A stretch of 52,714 nucleotides of DNA from Acidimicrobiales bacterium (GTDB lineage Bacteria; Actinomycetota; Acidimicrobiia; Acidimicrobiales; DATLDH01). The translations under genes were made by a program, and so were the position numbers. This document shows, in pieces, positions 51,336 through 52,714 of the stretch (position 1 is its first letter; every line of letters starts with the position of its first letter). The notes under the pieces are model-generated. The model had not been told where the DNA came from and did not search any database. It was given only the letters and a program-made list of their open reading frames with translations. The stretch is taken from assembly GCA_035526015.1 (NCBI GenBank), contig DATLDH010000108.1, forward strand, positions 1 to 52,714. The letters run 5' to 3'.

Positions 51336-52714
51336 AGCCCCGCCGCGTCCCCGCGGCAGCGACCCTCGCGGCACTGCTCGTCGTCGCCGCGCTGCTCGCA
51401 CCGGGCCTGCAGGCGGCCCCGCCCGAGGGGTCGCCGCCCCTGGTCGAGATCCCGCCGTTCCAGCCTCCGCCGCCGCCCCGGCCGGCCCCGGCCCGCATCA
51501 CGCCGGGTGACGCCCGTCTGCGCATCCCGCCCGGCAGCGAGGTCGGCATCGTCCACCGCCTCGACCTGCCGGCCCGCCCGACACCGCTCGACGTGTTCTT
51601 CCTCGTCGACACCTCGGGCAGCCAGGAGCCGAGCATCCGCGGCCTGGCCCTCGGCCTGGCCCAGCTCACCCGCAAGCTGGCCGAGGCCGGGCTCGACGCC
51701 CAGTTCGGGCTCGGCGAGTTCCAGGACGTGTGGGCCGACTCGCCGGGCGTCCGCTATCGCCGCCGGGTCGACATCCGCCGTCCCGACCGCGTCTTCCAGT
51801 ACCAGCTCGAGCGTCTCTACACCGATGGCGGCGACGAGCCCCACCTCACCGCCCTGCACCAGGTCGCCACCGGGTCGGGCTTCGAGGAGGGCGACGGCGC
51901 CGAGATCTCCAGTCCGGTCAACGGCTACAGCGAGGCCATCGAGCCCGGGCAGGGGGCGACGTGGCGCCCCGGATCGTTGCGCGTGGTCGTCATGATCACC
52001 GACGAGACCTTCAGTGACATGGGCACCGGTCCGACCCGTGACGAGACGGTCGAGGCGCTGCGCGCCGACGGTGCCCGCATGGTCGGTGTCGAGATCTGCA
52101 ACCTCGAGCCCCGCGGCAGTGGCGCCAACTGCGTCGAGTCGGCCCGGGCCGCCGCCGATTCCCAGGGCCAACCGCTGGCCACCCAGCTGCGGGAGCAGCT
52201 GGAGGACATCTCCGGTGCGACCGACGCGTTGGCGCCCGCCGGCGGCGTCGACTGTCTCGACAACGGCAGCGTCGAGCTGAAGGAGGGCCATCCCCTCGTC
52301 TGCACGTTGCCCGAGTCCGAGGACGGCGACAGCGGCGTCGTGAAGATGGCGGGCCCGCTCACGCGCGTGCTCACGTCCCTCGTCGACCTGCAGCCCGTGA
52401 CGCTCAGCCTGGTGCAGCCGGCCGCCTTCGACGCGCGGATCGCAGGCCAGGGCGACTACTCGCAGGTCGACGTCAAGCGCACCAACCAGCTCTCGTTCCA
52501 GACCGCGCTCGGTTGCCGGTACGACCAGGCCGGCAGCAGCGGCCGCCTGCGCTTCATCGCGCGGGTCGGGCCTCAGGTGGTGGGTGAGGCGATCGTGGAC
52601 GCGACCTGTGGTGACGTGATCGTGGTGCCGACGGCGTCCGCGCCGCGCGCCGCTGTCGTGCAGCCGGTGAGCGCCCCGCCGCCGGCGCCCGCCCCGGTGG
52701 CCAGTCCCGCGCCG
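51332..52714 (+). CDS. Secreted vWA domain protein; the 3' end runs off the window
   Basis: My own translation from GTG at 51332 (GTGA overlap with the FtsH-like stop): VKPRRVPAAATLAALLVVAALLAPGLQAAP..., with MIDAS DVFFLVDTSGS, then YTDGGDEPH and LRVVVMITDE. The frame stays open to position 52714 and is absent from the ORF track. Confidence 0.8.
   Translation, partial: MKPRRVPAAATLAALLVVAALLAPGLQAAPPEGSPPLVEIPPFQPPPPPRPAPARITPGDARLRIPPGSEVGIVHRLDLPARPTPLDVFFLVDTSGSQEPSIRGLALGLAQLTRKLAEAGLDAQFGLGEFQDVWADSPGVRYRRRVDIRRPDRVFQYQLERLYTDGGDEPHLTALHQVATGSGFEEGDGAEISSPVNGYSEAIEPGQGATWRPGSLRVVVMITDETFSDMGTGPTRDETVEALRADGARMVGVEICNLEPRGSGANCVESARAAADSQGQPLATQLREQLEDISGATDALAPAGGVDCLDNGSVELKEGHPLVCTLPESEDGDSGVVKMAGPLTRVLTSLVDLQPVTLSLVQPAAFDARIAGQGDYSQVDVKRTNQLSFQTALGCRYDQAGSSGRLRFIARVGPQVVGEAIVDATCGDVIVVPTASAPRAAVVQPVSAPPPAPAPVASPAP

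Noticed and set aside
44978-52714. Whether the vWA-PP2C-kinase triad, the P450 and the FtsH-like/vWA pair form one mobile defence island
   Set aside because: There is no integrase, tRNA, direct repeat or obvious compositional break. The units are on different strands with separate putative promoters. They are reported as separate findings with the adjacency noted.

Overview
A 52.7 kb, very GC-rich (by eye), densely coding chromosomal segment of actinobacterial type. I support about 57 protein-coding genes, 1 gene remnant, and a few small repeats and hairpins. I found no rRNA, tRNA, CRISPR array, integrase or transposase. Many genes are coupled by 4-nt ATGA/GTGA stop-start overlaps, and several appear to be leaderless. 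All product calls come from reading motifs in the supplied translations or my own translations; I ran no database search. The long Arg/Gly/Pro-rich ORFs in the track are mostly antisense or out-of-frame shadows of real genes, so several real starts lie well inside the listed ORFs. Two partial genes at the window edges are missing from the track: a DUF222/HNH gene at 1..749(-) and a secreted vWA gene at 51332..52714(+). Content, in order: (1) a circularly permuted ATP-grasp / alpha-E / transglutaminase cluster next to a head-to-head pair of extra transglutaminase-like genes; (2) a secreted protein plus a Calx-beta anchor protein; (3) small-enzyme genes and an OmpR/HK two-component system; (4) an RpiR / aldehyde dehydrogenase / aminotransferase unit; (5) hbd, a fused E1 alpha/beta 2-oxoacid dehydrogenase and a secreted protein; (6) a PadR module, acyl-CoA ligases and F420/LLM oxidoreductases; (7) an ECF sigma operon whose two neighbouring genes share a Cys-framed FN3-like module; (8) GH13 and GH29 glycosidases; (9) two tandem secreted HExxH proteins; (10) an RluA-methyltransferase fusion; (11) a YcaQ-family gene; (12) a vWA / PP2C / Ser-Thr kinase triad; (13) a P450; (14) an FtsH paralogue whose HEXXH zinc site reads QEAGR, translationally coupled to a secreted vWA protein. 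The best candidates for under-described biology are the pseudo-protease FtsH + vWA pair, the neighbouring vWA-PP2C-kinase triad with its downstream RHH protein, the ECF sigma / shared-module operon, and the tandem metzincin-like proteins.
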